The notes: generated by a model not told the origin, from the letters alone. A stretch of DNA of 64,000 nucleotides from Callorhinchus milii (GCF_018977255.1 NW_024704747.1:18104001-18168000); one strand, 5' to 3'; shown: positions 51,301 to 61,509, counted from the first letter of the stretch. Numbers and translations: made by a program.

Positions 51301-54300
51301 GATTGCCTAAATCCCGTTAAGAAATAGCGCAAATTGACCCTGGTGTATCTGTGCTATTGAAGCGGGTCGATGCACCCGTCTTTTTAAAAATGGGCCCATT
51401 ATAGACTTCAAGCAGCCTTCTGCGGTGTGGCTTTGAGTCCTGAATGGTTGGCTCAAGGGGTCGGCTGGATGAGAGCCTAGCGCATGGTGAATTTTCAATG
51501 GCTTGGATGCAGTCATGCTGGGAATAACCACTTTTGTACCTTGTAAGTCAATTGGTTTCCACATGACTGATATTAGACTGACCTTAGCAATGTATGGAGC
51601 AAATTCTGTGCTGGATTGCATGCACCTCAGCACCTCTCCGAACTTCCACTGGACAGAATAGCCTGTATAATCCTTTGGGTAACGCACATTTCTCTTTGCC
51701 TTTCCGGTGTTTGAACATGTACGCCGATTGTATTTTGCTTAATAATAAACACTACACTTGACCGCCAGAGATTAGCTGTGTCTCAATAGTGATGGGTGGG
51801 AAGGGTGAAATGGGAATAAGGAGCTGCCTTTATCTTAAAATTTTAAATCCCGTGAAAATGGGGGAAATGCTCAATCTCAGTCCTGATCCGTTAAGATATC
51901 TATCTGCAGTTCTTAAAAAGAAACTGGCTGCCAAATGAAAACAACAACTTGCATTTATATAGCGTTCTTCACCAGGGTAGTGTCTTGGAGCGCTTAATTA
52001 GGATTGAATTTGAGAAACCTTTCACATTTCCACAGGAATACAAATTTTAAGATAAAATGGTCATACAAGCTAAGAGTAGATGTAATTACAGTCGTAGGAT
52101 GTCCTACAGTCCCCAAGTGCTTTGGGATGCTACCCTGCATGAGGGGTGCTATATAAATGCAAGTTGTTGTTAAGATATGCCCTCTTTCCCCCCTGTACTT
52201 CTTCTCCACCCACATGGCCATTGCTTGAAGCTATTTCACTGTTATTGGGTGTCCCCATTTCCATGTGGGCTGAGTAGAGAGATGGCAGCTTTGCCGATCT
52301 GCACCACACCTGCCCTGCAATAAAACATTTCATTTTGTGTTCTCTCCCTCACTTCCCCCCCACCTCCAAATCCTCTGACCTGCTGTTAGGAGAGCAGGTC
52401 AGGGGTAATACCCCAATACTGGGCGATGGCGGGAGAGGCGGTTTCACTTCTTCCAGAGACACTTTCAAAAAGAAAATCTAGGAAGAAAAACTTACGTTTT
52501 TGTAGAATTTTATTGCATTGAAATGTCTCAAACATGCGTTTTTTAGCTGGTTAGACTTGAGCTGTATCCCAACGCACACTCTGGGGTCCCCAAGCCTTGG
52601 CCCGTCCAGAATTAGCTAAGCAGGATACATCCCTCCCGGGAGAGAGTGCATATTCCATTCCAATAAATGTCTCAGGGAATTTTCATGTGTAGGGGAATGC
52701 ATGGAGCTCTGTTTTGGAGCACAAGGGGAAACTCCCTTCTCGTTTCCAAATAGCGTGATGGGATAGTTTAACATCCATCTGAAGAACAGACATCATCTTA
52801 AATATATCAGCTCAGAAGATGGCGGTCTGATGAACAAACAGATGGTCCACTCCTGCCTGAATTTGTGACTGTTGTTATAGATTCCCCTCCTATCTGTTCC
52901 ACATCCACATGATGTACTTCTTCCCACTCAGCTGCAAAGATCAGAACAATGTGGGCAGTAAGGAAAATGGAGGGGCAGGTCAAGCTACCTGAAGAGATCC
53001 AGTTTTTATTATTAATAATAACAATAATCCATGCCATTGAGATGTCTCAGAGCACTTCACAGATTTTTTTTAATGCTGTGACTGTATTTGTAAGTGAACC
53101 CAGCAGCCAATTTGCACAAAGAAAACACTCCGCAAACAGGCATGAAGCGAGTGAGTGGCCAAATGACTAACCCAGAGATTTTATTGCTGAGGAATGCTCG
53201 AATCCGCCAAAATATTTATAGAGAGACTGAGTTCACGTGTTTAACTATTAATCCGCAGGAACTAGCGTGAACCTGCACTGAGTGCTCTTGTCTGCTCCTT
53301 CTCCTTACCCCATGACCAAATTCCATAACACACCCATTAGGGTTGTGCTGCTGCATCCCTGATGTGTCTGTATCTGCACACTTTCCTGCTGAAGGTTGGA
53401 GAAGGGTGAAGGCCAGTCACCAGAGGCTGCGCTCGTTCTGAAACTGTTTGCAGAAGAAAACAAGAGAATGCAATGTTTAAATCTGTCAGATGCTTCTCCT
53501 GCGTGACATTCAAACCTTTTTCTTTCTACGATAGCAGCAGCCAGGAAGAGATGTGCTGTCAAGGCAAGAGCCCATATAAAGCAGGTCTTATCCAGAGACT
53601 ATTTGTGGCTTTTATTCACCAGAGAGAGGAGTTGGGATCAGCAGTCAATCCAGCTTGGGAGTGTGATTTGGGTTTGAGGTGGGGTGGAGATGAATGATGT
53701 CCACAGTCGGAGCAGGACTTTAGACCTCCATTAGACTGAGCCTCATCTACCAACCTATCCCACTCGCCGGTAACACTTCGTGCTGGGCTGAGGGGATTCC
53801 AGCACTCAGCTTACTGGGTCAGAGACTCCCAACGGAGGCCAGAAATTCCACGCAGTCTCAGCTCACGAGACTACTGTCCTAAAGTTGAAGTTGTCCAGGA
53901 ATGTGGACATGCTTCAATTCAATCTAAATTTAGAAACCGCTTCGTTTTAAAACCTGTGGAAAACTGGCTTCCAAACTAAGACTGGCTTTAAGATTGTTTT
54001 GGCTGATCTGCTGACTCTTAAATTTGAAGTCAAAATGATCCCTCAGGCTATAGTGGAAGTTTGGGCCTCTCGTGAGCTGGCTGGAGGTGTTGACGATGAA
54101 CGGGCCAGAATTTGAGACTATTTAAATGGCGTGGAATTAGTGCTTGGGAGCAGATGCTTATGAAGCGTTAAGGTTTTTGCTGGACGTGTGCCCGGAGCTG
54201 GCTCTGGAAATGGTGTCGGCGTTTACTCAACAAACCAAAACCTGATCCCAGTACTTTTCCAAAAACAAGTCGATCGATCTGTCCGTGAATTGTTGTCCAG

Positions 54301-56307
54301 CTCATTCCTTTCTCGCTACCTCCCCAGTGTCTGGCCTGCTGGCTGTCTCTTTGCCTTGTGCCCTGCTGACTGCAGTGTGCAGAGCTCAGTCCGTGCCAAG
54401 GAAAAACTGCAGAGGCTCGCAAGGTTCATACACAGCTGCTCTGGACCGCTCTGCCCTGCTGTGCTTTATACACTCGCGCTGAGCTCCGCCATTAGTCATG
54501 ATGGTCGGTTCACCATTGGCAGCTCAGACAGCCGGGGTGGGAGTGATCCCCATAGATTGAACTTCACAACATCTGGCAAGATATTTATGGGGCATCACTT
54601 TCTCACTCACGCATTCACTCTTGGTTTTCGCTCGTTCTCTCTCACACACACTCCTTCACCTCTTTCAATCACTCTCTCTCACACACACACGCACACTTTC
54701 TCTCTGTCCTTCTCTCTGAGGCCAGAATAAATGCTAGCACACAACTTTTTTGTAAATGAAAGGTAGAGTACTTCAACAAGCTCCTGTGATGGAGAGGCAT
54801 TGCCTTGTGAGCTCTGTCTGTCCTGCAGCACAGCCTTTACTGGTGACAGGACTTGCTCACACAGGAGATGAGGCTCCTGCAGAAGGTTACTGACAGGCAG
54901 GAGCATCAGAACAGATCTTAGAGGTTTTCCATTCAAAATTACACAGAGTTTGGAATTTATTGCCTCAGGTGACTGGGTGAATAAAATCATTGAAGGGGAA
55001 CTGGATAAGCAGTGGAGCAGTAAAAACATTGCGTAATTTGTAGGTGAGGCTAATTTGTGCACAGCGGTTTACCACAAGCAACAACAACAAAATTACATTT
55101 GTATAGAGCCTTTCATGTCGGAAGGATGTCCCAAGTAGTGCTGTGGGATATTTAAAGTCCAGGCATAGACACAATCTTGGTTTATTGTGTTACCCATAGG
55201 ACCGCACCTAATAATCTTTGCATCTGAGACGTCTCAAAGCGCTTCACAGGATATACTGTAAAGTGAATTGATTGTATATTTTGTGGGCGAAACTCAGCAA
55301 CCAATTTCACACATCAGTGTCCCACAAACAGTCATGGATTGAGTGACCAATTTATTTATTTATTTATTTTGAAGGAATTATTACCCCTGTAAACAGAAGC
55401 GTGTGGAGTAAGGAAACTTGCCCAACATTTTGCTTGCTGAGAATAGAACCCAGGTCTCTCGCTTGCGAGGCGAGTGCTCTAACCACTGAGTTACAGGACT
55501 CCACCTCTGACAATGCAGTGCTCCCCCAGCTCAGACCGTGAGCTCAAAGTGGGGCTTCGACTCACATCCTTCTGACTCTGAGGGAATGAGAACGCTGCTG
55601 ACTGAGCCAGGCTGACACCTGCTGTCTGGCTTTCTCACTCTCTCTCTCTCTCTCTCTCTCTCCGCCTGTGTTTATTTTCTGTGTCTTCAGAGCTCGCGGT
55701 GTCAGAGTGCACGCAGCGGCCGGTGGACGTGGTGTTCCTGGTGGACGGCTCGGAGAGGATGGGTCAGGGCGGTTTCACGCAGGTGCAGGAGTTTCTGGAG
55801 AAAATGTCGAGCAGGCTCATCCTGGCGGACAGGCACAATGATCCCTCCAGCGCCCGCCTGGCCTTGTTGCAGTACGGCGGCGACAATGAGCAGGAGCTGG
55901 CCTTCGGGCTGAGCTACAACCTCACCCTCATCGCCAATGGCATCACCCAGATGAAGTACATGGACTCTGCCTCCAATGTGGGCTCGGCCATCATCTACGC
56001 CATCCACAATGTGGTGCAGAGGCCAGGCAGGTTTGCGATCCAGGGCGCCCGCAAGAATGCAGAGCTCTCCTTCGTCTTCATCACCGACGGTACCAGCGGC
56101 CAGAAGAGCCTGGTAGAGGCGGTGAGCGCCATGAGGAAGCACAATGTGGTGCCCACGGTCATCGCGGTGGGCAAGAACACGGAGATGGACATGGATATCC
56201 TGCTCCAGATCACCCTGGGGGAGATGGCAGCGATTTATCGAGCCGAGGATTATTCCCACATTCTACACTCCACCTTCTTCGAAAGGTTCCTCAAGTGGAT
56301 CTGTTAA
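21233..56307 (+). CDS. col6a2: Collagen type VI alpha-2 chain (whole spliced CDS span, ~1028 aa, 28 coding exons)
   Basis: N1 vWA ([10 protein letters not shown]...[16 protein letters not shown]), Gly-X-Y exons, [20 protein letters not shown]1 (DSSESIG...[13 protein letters not shown]) and C2 ending FLKWIC all match recalled human COL6A2. Most exon sizes match human (21, 66, 54, 45, 27, 27, 45, 54, 63...46, 153, 453, 39). Confidence 0.97.
21414..21808 (-). mobile_element. Deu-SINE copy in col6a2 intron 2
   Basis: Near full-length reverse-complement copy with (AAT)n tail. Confidence 0.75.
21993..22597 (+). CDS. col6a2: col6a2 exon 3, N1 vWA domain
   Basis: TTCCAG|CG AAG CCT GAT TGC (A)[17 protein letters not shown]...RIIKVM|GTGAGT; 605 nt. 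Confidence 0.97.
23199..23670. mobile_element. MITE-like inverted-repeat element with nested Penelope-like fragment
   Basis: Outer arms ~23199-23305 and ~23556-23670 are reverse complements. The inner insert ~23326-23537 is flanked by a 15-bp duplication TATGTTGA(A/C)TTTGGA. Confidence 0.7.
24773..24793 (+). CDS. col6a2: col6a2 exon 4 (21 nt, QTKAFNN)
   Basis: TTGTTTCAG|...|GTAAGT; same size as human exon 4 (KHEAYGE). Confidence 0.88.
24947..25260 (+). mobile_element. SINE family 2, best full-length copy
   Basis: GGAGTCCTGTAGCTCAGTGGTTAGAGCACTCGCTTTGCAAG...GAGTTCAATTCC tRNA-like head; tail GCTATATCAAATGCAAGG(ATT)n. Confidence 0.8.
25497..26010 (+). repeat. Unclassified ~500-bp interspersed repeat
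   Basis: Homologous segments at ~63255-63710 (+), ~42720-42990 (+), ~32170-32440 (-), ~52540-52700 (-). Confidence 0.65.
26331..26396 (+). CDS. col6a2: col6a2 exon 5 ([22 protein letters not shown])
   Basis: TTTCAG|...|GTAAGA; 66 nt; start of the triple helix. Confidence 0.96.
26896..27918 (+). mobile_element. 5'-truncated L2-clade LINE (degenerate reverse transcriptase)
   Basis: GVPQGSIL...LFLVYMLPL...[11 protein letters not shown] motifs with frameshifts; 3' end GGGCGCTATATATAAGTTATTGTTG. Confidence 0.9.
27982..28035 (+). CDS. col6a2: col6a2 exon 6 ([18 protein letters not shown])
   Basis: AG/GT boundaries, 54 nt Gly-X-Y. Confidence 0.95.
28127..28171 (+). CDS. col6a2: col6a2 exon 7 ([15 protein letters not shown])
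   Basis: 45 nt; identical to the recalled human peptide. Confidence 0.97.
28410..28620 (+). mobile_element. CR1-clade LINE 3' fragment
   Basis: AGGACACAGGCTTAGAG...AGGGTAATTAACGACTGGAACAGGTTACCAGG, typical of a CR1 ORF2 end. Confidence 0.55.
28633..28706. repeat. Near-perfect 34-bp inverted repeat (hairpin)
   Basis: 28633-28666 pairs with 28673-28706; 6-nt loop, one G-U and one G-G. Confidence 0.9.
28920..28946 (+). CDS. col6a2: col6a2 exon 8 (GFRGMKGEK)
   Basis: 27 nt, AG/GT. Confidence 0.94.
29542..29568 (+). CDS. col6a2: col6a2 exon 9 (GELGTEGKK)
   Basis: 27 nt, AG/GT. Confidence 0.94.
29659..29703 (+). CDS. col6a2: col6a2 exon 10 ([15 protein letters not shown])
   Basis: 45 nt, AG/GT. 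Confidence 0.94.
30281..30334 (+). CDS. col6a2: col6a2 exon 11 ([18 protein letters not shown])
   Basis: 54 nt; contains the conserved helical Cys used in collagen VI dimer assembly. Confidence 0.96.
31346..31408 (+). CDS. col6a2: col6a2 exon 12 ([21 protein letters not shown])
   Basis: 63 nt, AG/GT. Confidence 0.94.
31822..31884 (+). CDS. col6a2: col6a2 exon 13 ([21 protein letters not shown])
   Basis: 63 nt, AG/GT. Confidence 0.94.
32604..32657 (+). CDS. col6a2: col6a2 exon 14a ([18 protein letters not shown])
   Basis: 54 nt, AG/GT; first part of the human 90-nt exon 14 equivalent. Confidence 0.93.
32722..32934. mobile_element. MITE-like inverted-repeat element (GAAATTCCAC family)
   Basis: CAGCCTTAACCTGTAAGACCA pairs with TGGTCTTACAGTTTAAGACTG; TTAAATTTTAAGATCACGCA pairs with TGCGTAATCTTAAATTTTAA. 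Confidence 0.6.
33010..33305 (-). mobile_element. CR1-clade LINE 3' fragment
   Basis: Reverse complement of the CR1 3' end seen at 28410-28620; a similar copy lies at ~38930-39190. Confidence 0.55.
33938..33973 (+). CDS. col6a2: col6a2 exon 14b ([12 protein letters not shown])
   Basis: 36 nt; TCTCCACAG|...|GTAAGT. Confidence 0.93.
34107..34510 (+). mobile_element. Deu-SINE, near full length
   Basis: GTCAGCCTGGCTCAGTTGGTAGCAC head, Deu core, ATT tail. Confidence 0.75.
36188..36250 (+). CDS. col6a2: col6a2 exon 15 ([21 protein letters not shown])
   Basis: 63 nt; contains RGD. Confidence 0.95.
36856..36918 (+). CDS. col6a2: col6a2 exon 16 ([21 protein letters not shown])
   Basis: 63 nt, AG/GT. 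Confidence 0.95.
37255..37317 (+). CDS. col6a2: col6a2 exon 17 ([21 protein letters not shown])
   Basis: 63 nt, AG/GT. Confidence 0.95.
38176..38367. mobile_element. MITE with ~35-40-bp terminal inverted repeats
   Basis: CTGAAATTCCACCCAGTCTTAGCCCGGGAGACCTATTT pairs with AAATAGCCTCACAGACTAAGACTAAGTGGAATTTCAG. Confidence 0.7.
38509..38571 (+). CDS. col6a2: col6a2 exon 18 ([21 protein letters not shown])
   Basis: 63 nt; contains RGD. Confidence 0.95.
38843..38893 (+). CDS. col6a2: col6a2 exon 19 ([17 protein letters not shown])
   Basis: 51 nt with the conserved helix interruption GFSFPG (human GFSYPG). Confidence 0.96.
39523..39558 (+). CDS. col6a2: col6a2 exon 20 ([12 protein letters not shown])
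   Basis: 36 nt, AG/GTGAGT; contains RGD. Confidence 0.94.
40016..40078 (+). CDS. col6a2: col6a2 exon 21 ([21 protein letters not shown])
   Basis: 63 nt, AG/GT. Confidence 0.95.
40597..40659 (+). CDS. col6a2: col6a2 exon 22 ([21 protein letters not shown])
   Basis: 63 nt, AG/GT. Confidence 0.95.
41520..41895 (+). mobile_element. L2-clade LINE 3' fragment
   Basis: GCCTTCAGC...CTCTGGAACTCT...CTCAAGACCTTTCTCTTTGACCG...AGCGCCTTAGGACGTCC...GGCGCTCAATAAATG...(GTT)n. Confidence 0.75.
42305..42340 (+). CDS. col6a2: col6a2 exon 23 ([12 protein letters not shown])
   Basis: 36 nt; end of the helix. Confidence 0.96.
43544..43589 (+). CDS. col6a2: col6a2 exon 24 ([15 protein letters not shown])
   Basis: 46 nt Cys-rich linker; |GTGAGT. 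Confidence 0.97.
44343..44495 (+). CDS. col6a2: col6a2 exon 25 (start of C1 vWA)
   Basis: (D)[21 protein letters not shown]...KDPKSPT(G); 153 nt. Confidence 0.97.
45094..45123 (+). repeat. (AC)n microsatellite
   Basis: Directly visible. Confidence 0.9.
45271..45723 (+). CDS. col6a2: col6a2 exon 26 (C1 vWA)
   Basis: (G)[10 protein letters not shown]...EELLCP; 453 nt. Confidence 0.97.
46212..46250 (+). CDS. col6a2: col6a2 exon 27 ((D)[12 protein letters not shown])
   Basis: 39 nt; phase-1 donor ACAG|GTAGG. Confidence 0.97.
49263..49475. mobile_element. MITE-like element (GAAATTCCAC family)
   Basis: AGGGGAAAAATTCCACC pairs with GGTGGAAATTTCCCCT. Confidence 0.5.
49870..50270 (-). mobile_element. 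L2-clade LINE 3' fragment
   Basis: Reverse-complement L2 tail (CAACAGCAACTTGCATTTATATAGCGC); minus-strand ORF ends ...AFSHYVPNL...[10 protein letters not shown]. Confidence 0.7.
50738..51045 (+). CDS. col6a2: col6a2 alternative terminal exon (2C2a-type C-terminus, 102 aa)
   Basis: Acceptor TCTTTAATCGTTTACAG|AT is in phase with exon 27. ...[52 protein letters not shown] aligns with recalled human 2C2a ...YSQLVAVLVYTAERAKFATGVERQDWMELFIDTFKLVHRDIVGDPETALALC*. Confidence 0.92.
51744..51749 (+). terminator. Candidate polyadenylation signal for the 2C2a-type isoform
   Basis: AATAAA about 700 nt after the alternative stop, ending a repeat-poor UTR-like stretch. Confidence 0.55.
55210..55502 (-). 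mobile_element. SINE family 2 copy
   Basis: Reverse complement of 24947-25260. Confidence 0.75.
55691..56307 (+). CDS. col6a2: col6a2 exon 28 (C2 vWA, canonical C-terminus)
   Basis: Acceptor TCTTCAG|AG reinforced by a (CT)n tract; (E)[22 protein letters not shown]...[10 protein letters not shown]. Confidence 0.97.
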
Positions 56308-58508
56308 GACTAAAAGTACCGCGAGTCGCACTTGCCAAGAATACCCCCGCTTCCCCTCCTCGTCCCCCCCACGGAATTCCACCTAATCTCAGCCTACATT
56401 TGTCTTTTTATTTTAAATCTCGTAGAAATTCAGGGTAATTATCCAGTTTGTCCTTAATTCACAAGCTGGTTTCTTTTCCGGCTCCTGTGCGGAGACTAAT
56501 TTAAGATTATTCAACAAATCTTACATTTTAAGACAAAAGCAGTGATATCGCAGGCTAAGATCAGGTGGTATTTCAGATTTCTGATCTCTTTAATAGTTTC
56601 CATTATCCAGGAAAGGGTACAAAAAAAAGGTGCTTTTTTTAAAAAAATATATATACATATCTATTTTTACATCTTTTATCTCTTCAGTTTTGTACGTTGC
56701 CAGCTTTTTTTCACATCTTTGTTGAACTATAAGCAATTTGAATATTATCACAGCTTGCTAAACCACAACAGCTCTCTCCATTTCCAGGCTGATTGTGCTT
56801 TAATCCAATCGCTTCCCTTTCTCCCCTCCCTCCGCCACCCTGTTTCTTTATGTCATCGTTTCTAAGTGTGCACCGATCATTTCCGCATGCATTGAACTTT
56901 TGAATCTCTCTCTCTCTCTGCTGTCATCAATCACTGGGAGCCACTTTAGTGCCAAGCTCCACTCCTACTGATGCGCGTGCACTGAACGAGGAGTCAATCA
57001 CTCCAGGCAAAACAGTGTGTACAAATGTTTAACATGTGAATACAGGGCAATCCCTTCGCAATGCACTTGTCTGGGCTCATTGTCTCAATTCCTTGCGTTA
57101 TAATGAGGCACGTGTTATAATAATGGTTGACTTCTGCTTGGTGAGTTACCGTTGCCATCACTCTCTCTGCCAGGTAGCATTTCCTGTGCACGCACAACGC
57201 CCAGGAGTAAGATACACATTCGAGGCAAACAGGAAGTGGCTAGCAGTGACCTGATGACCAGGAAGTCGGCTTTTTTTTTGCGATGATGGAATTTGGATGG
57301 CATCATTTAGGGTTTTAAGTAAGTGAATGTTGCGGTCCACAACCCAACTGCATTATAAGCAAACCTGCGTTATAGTGAGGTACATTATAACATGGTTAGC
57401 CTATATGTTAATGTCTGTTGGTAACAAGTTCAAATCAAATCCTACTCTTTAAAGAGGGCATAAACATTGTCTTTTAAAATCGGTGTGGTGGGCTACTTGG
57501 GTGTTTCCCCTCCCCTGTTTTTGAGGCAGAATTAAATTCTGAAGAGGAGAGATATAAAGGGTAATAATAAATCATAATAATCCTTGAATTCGATATAGTG
57601 CCTTACTGCTTCATTGAAACATCTCAAAGTGCTTCACAGGATTTTATTGTAAAGTGTAGTGACTGTACGTGTAGGAGAACATTTAAGATATAGGAAAAGG
57701 GCAGGAGAATGGGAAAGTGCAGATGCCTCTTTCGACGAATCACTGCGGGCACAGTGGGCCAAATGACCCCCTTTGCTGTACATTTCTTGTGCGACTAGAT
57801 GGTGCTGTTTCGTGGTTTAAAAAAAATTCGCCCAACAGTGCCATCTGATGACTGAGCTGTGTTATTATGTGAAGATGCCACATTGTACCTAAATTCCTCT
57901 GAACTCTGGTTCAGCCACCCCTGCAGTAAACTTTGGCAACACCAGTCCAGTGTTACAGCAGAAGCTTTCTGCCCGTGACTGGGGAGAGGGGTGGAGAATT
58001 CTTTTTTGACTACGCAGAGGTTCGTTCAGGCATCATACCTTGCCAGGAGCCATGTTTGAGGCTGAATCCATTTTGGCTTTGATCCGCAAAGATAAGTGTA
58101 AAACGGGATGGGGAGGTGAGGAGAAGACAGGAGAGTGGAACTAAATGGACAACTCTTTCAGAGAGCCATTGCACGCACAACGGTCAGTCTTGCTGGTTGG
58201 GGATCGGTGACATTAGGAAAGGCCTTTTGTGCTGTAATTGTGCACTGTTCTTTGGTTGGATTTCTTTAGTTTCCACCACAAATCCTCCGCACATAAGTCT
58301 AACCCATGCCTCAAATGAGACAATTGACCTTGAGTGGGCAGAAAGATGGCGAGAATTTGACACTATTTGAAAGTTAACGCGCTGGAAAACACAAGAGCTT
58401 TGTAATATACCTTTCTGATCCTGCAGCGGACAAAGTATTCAATGTGGATCAGGTCAGGATGTATTTTCATTCTGTCTGCTGCAGTCAAACTTGAATCATT
58501 CTGTAACA

Positions 58509-58518
58509 AATAAATAAA
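58509..58518 (+). terminator. Candidate col6a2 polyadenylation signal (overlapping AATAAA x2)
   Basis: AATAAATAAA followed by GT/T-rich sequence at 58540-58570; an alternative AATAAA lies at 57566. Confidence 0.5.
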
Positions 58519-58659
58519 ATCAATAGAGTTTCCAAACTTGGTTTCCTGCCTGGTTGATGTTTTTCTTCCGAGTTTGAGGTGCCCCACATTCCTGAATCCT
58601 GCACCAGGACCTGTCTGTCCAGAGCAATGGAGGGAGGGGGTTGGTAGGTGATCTCATCC

Positions 58660-59370
58660 TTACAGAATATCCATCCTGCTATCACACCATCCAGTGTCCT
58701 GGCCTCAGGCACCCTTCCTGGCAACCTGTTCCAGTCATTCGTTACCATCTGGGTAAGGAAATATGTTGGTGAGATCAGCCGTGAAATTAACCTTTACAAC
58801 TCTGACCTGTGTCCTCGTATTCAACAACAGCAACAAATTAAATTTTTATAGCGCTTTTCATGTCAGGAGGACTTCCCAAGGCACTGGACAGTGAGGGATC
58901 CACACCCAAGTTGATGGCTGGGATCAGGAAGGGTGGCGTGCAGGGAGGGTAGGGGTAGGAGGGTGACAGAAGGCACGCCGGTGGACAAGGAGGGTCTTGG
59001 AGCGGGTCTTGAAGGAAGCAAGGGAGGGAATGAGGCGGAGGGACTGTGGGATGGAGTTCCAGAGGGTGGGGACAGAGAGGCTGAAGGCCCGCCCGTTAAT
59101 GGTGGGGCGGGTAAGGCAGGGTATGTGAAACAGGCCAGAGCCCGCTGAATGGAGGGAGCGGTCAGGTTGGTAGGGGGTAAGAGATCACAGAGGTTCAAAT
59201 GCCTCTCTGAAACATTCAAATGTCTGGTGCATCAATGGTACATTGTTCTGGGTTTACACTTTCAATCCCATTTAGAATCTTATATAACCTTTTCTAAGGT
59301 CACCTCTGATGCGTCTCCTTTGAAGACTGAAGAGCCCTAACTTGTCTAATGGTAGCTCGTAGCTCATTCC
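58660..59370 (-). mobile_element. CR1 LINE 3' end interrupted by an L2 fragment (~58822-59190)
   Basis: Minus-strand peptides LDKLGLFSLQRRRIRGDL and [15 protein letters not shown] (CR1 ORF2 end) flank an L2 3' fragment. Confidence 0.7.
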
Positions 59371-61509
59371 TCTAACACTGGGGATCGTCCTACAAACAGC
59401 CACAAAATGAATGACCAATTCTATCTGAGGGATTGTTGGACAAACATCAGGACAAAATTCCCTTCTTTTTTTGAAAAGTCTCATTGGAACAGGAAGAATC
59501 AGACCTCCAACAATGCAGAACATCCCCAGCACTCCATTGGAACGTCAGCCTTAACTGTGCGTTCAGAGTCCCAACGTGGGACTTGATCTCACAATCTCTG
59601 GCTCAGAAGCGAGAGTGCAACCAATTGAGCCAGGCTGACACACAATAGTTCCAAGATTTGGAGGATGAGTGTTGGTGCCACTATGACATTTTTCTATATA
59701 ACCGCTCATTCTAATGAGCATTAAAATATACCCAACAAACTAATGGTCTCATTCAAAGGATGGTTCAGAGACATGGGATTTGAACCCACAAAATCTTCTG
59801 ACCTACAGGTGAGAGTGATACCAACTGAGCCAGATATGGGGATGGTGGTGGTGAGGAAAGTGATTGGACAGGAATGAAAGGAAAGGTAACAATGTAGGAA
59901 AATTCACAGCTAGTTGAGGACTGCTAGCTATAGTTTCACCCACAAAATATACAGTCAATTCACTTTACATTATATTTTGAGAAGTCTCAAAGACGTGATA
60001 AGGCGCTAAATCAAATGCAAGGATTATTATTATTATTATTATTATAATAGGAAGTCAATTAATTCAGGGGCTTTCCTTGTAACCGAAAGGGACATGTGTT
60101 TCTGTTGTTTTGGAACTGGTCAACCCAATACCCCAGGCGAAACTCCTTTGATTTTGACCACCAAAAGCTTATTTAATTATTGTTTCAAAAGAAATAGGAC
60201 AACAGATGTAGAGATATTTGCAATCTGATTTAATGACATCAACACACAGCAGAAGTCATTGTGTTAAACCTTTATAGCCTTTGAAACATATAATGCTGTG
60301 CAATACTCACTGCTATAATCTCAAGGCAACGTCCGGTGTGGTTTATTTTTAAGCAAATAAAAGCAATTACAGCAGAATAATAATTTCAATACAGAATTCT
60401 GCAAAAGCTACCAATTTAATTTAGTCATGAAAGATATAATAAACTGCAGAAATCCCAGTCATTGCACCAATTGCACCCCTATCTGTCTTGTGCAAAAGAC
60501 ATCTCAAGCTTGCGTTCATCAATATTTTCACTGCCCAGATGAGAAGCCCCTTGCTGTTTCCCGTTGTGATGTGGGCCCGAAGGGAATTTTGCCCCGAATC
60601 CTGCTGCAATCTGTAAAATAATAATCCTTGCATTTGATATAGCACTGTATCATGTCATTGAAATGTCTCAAAGTGCTTCACAAGATTTTACTCTGGAATG
60701 TAGTGACCATGTATTTTTTTAGGCAAACACGGCAGCTAATTTGCGCTCTGCAAAAGTCCCACAAACAGCAAGGAAGTCAATGACCAGTTTTATCTGGGGG
60801 ATTGTTAGACTGCGATTTAATTTTTCGGCCAATGGACAGCATTTCTCACATTGCAGCGTCAGCCTAGACCAGTGGTGGCCAACCCATGGCCCAGGGACAC
60901 GGAGGTGACCCGCAGACCATCAAGAAGTGGCCCCGCTGAACATTCACAGCAGTCAAGGAGATGTCGCAATCCTGCCTGTGGACACCTGACAAAAAAGAGA
61001 GTGCTTCTCCATCAGACAGACGGGGTAGTGTACATTAACCTCCAAATCTACCATTGTTTCCTTGCTAATCAAAGATGGAATCTACCACAAGCATTTGAGA
61101 AATCAAAGTGTAAAAGGCCTCCATTAAGCTTTGTGCTCATTTAAAAAAAAACACCACAACAGTGTGGATAATGTATGTGTGTGTATGTGGCCGAATTCAG
61201 GAGAGGACTCAGCTGCAGAGTTTGTATGAATGGGATAGTTTTGGAAGAGGGAAATATCATATCAACAAACCTCCCGACAACAGCATTGGAGTAGGAATGA
61301 TTCTCCTGCACAATCCAGAGCTGAGCCCCTTGTGCTGTTCCCATTTACAGGGATAGGGGCAAGAGCACCAGGCAGGGAACGGACCCACCGCTCTCCACAC
61401 TACGTGCAACACAGAGCCGAATGTCCTACAAATTGCATTGAGCTAACACAACGCATTGAGGGAAATTGGTGTCAGATCAAAATATGAATTGATGGGTAGT
61501 TTCACTCAC

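Noticed and set aside
54188-54730. 180-aa ORF in intron 27
   Set aside because: GTG start, runs into (CT)/(CA) low-complexity sequence, no homology recognised.
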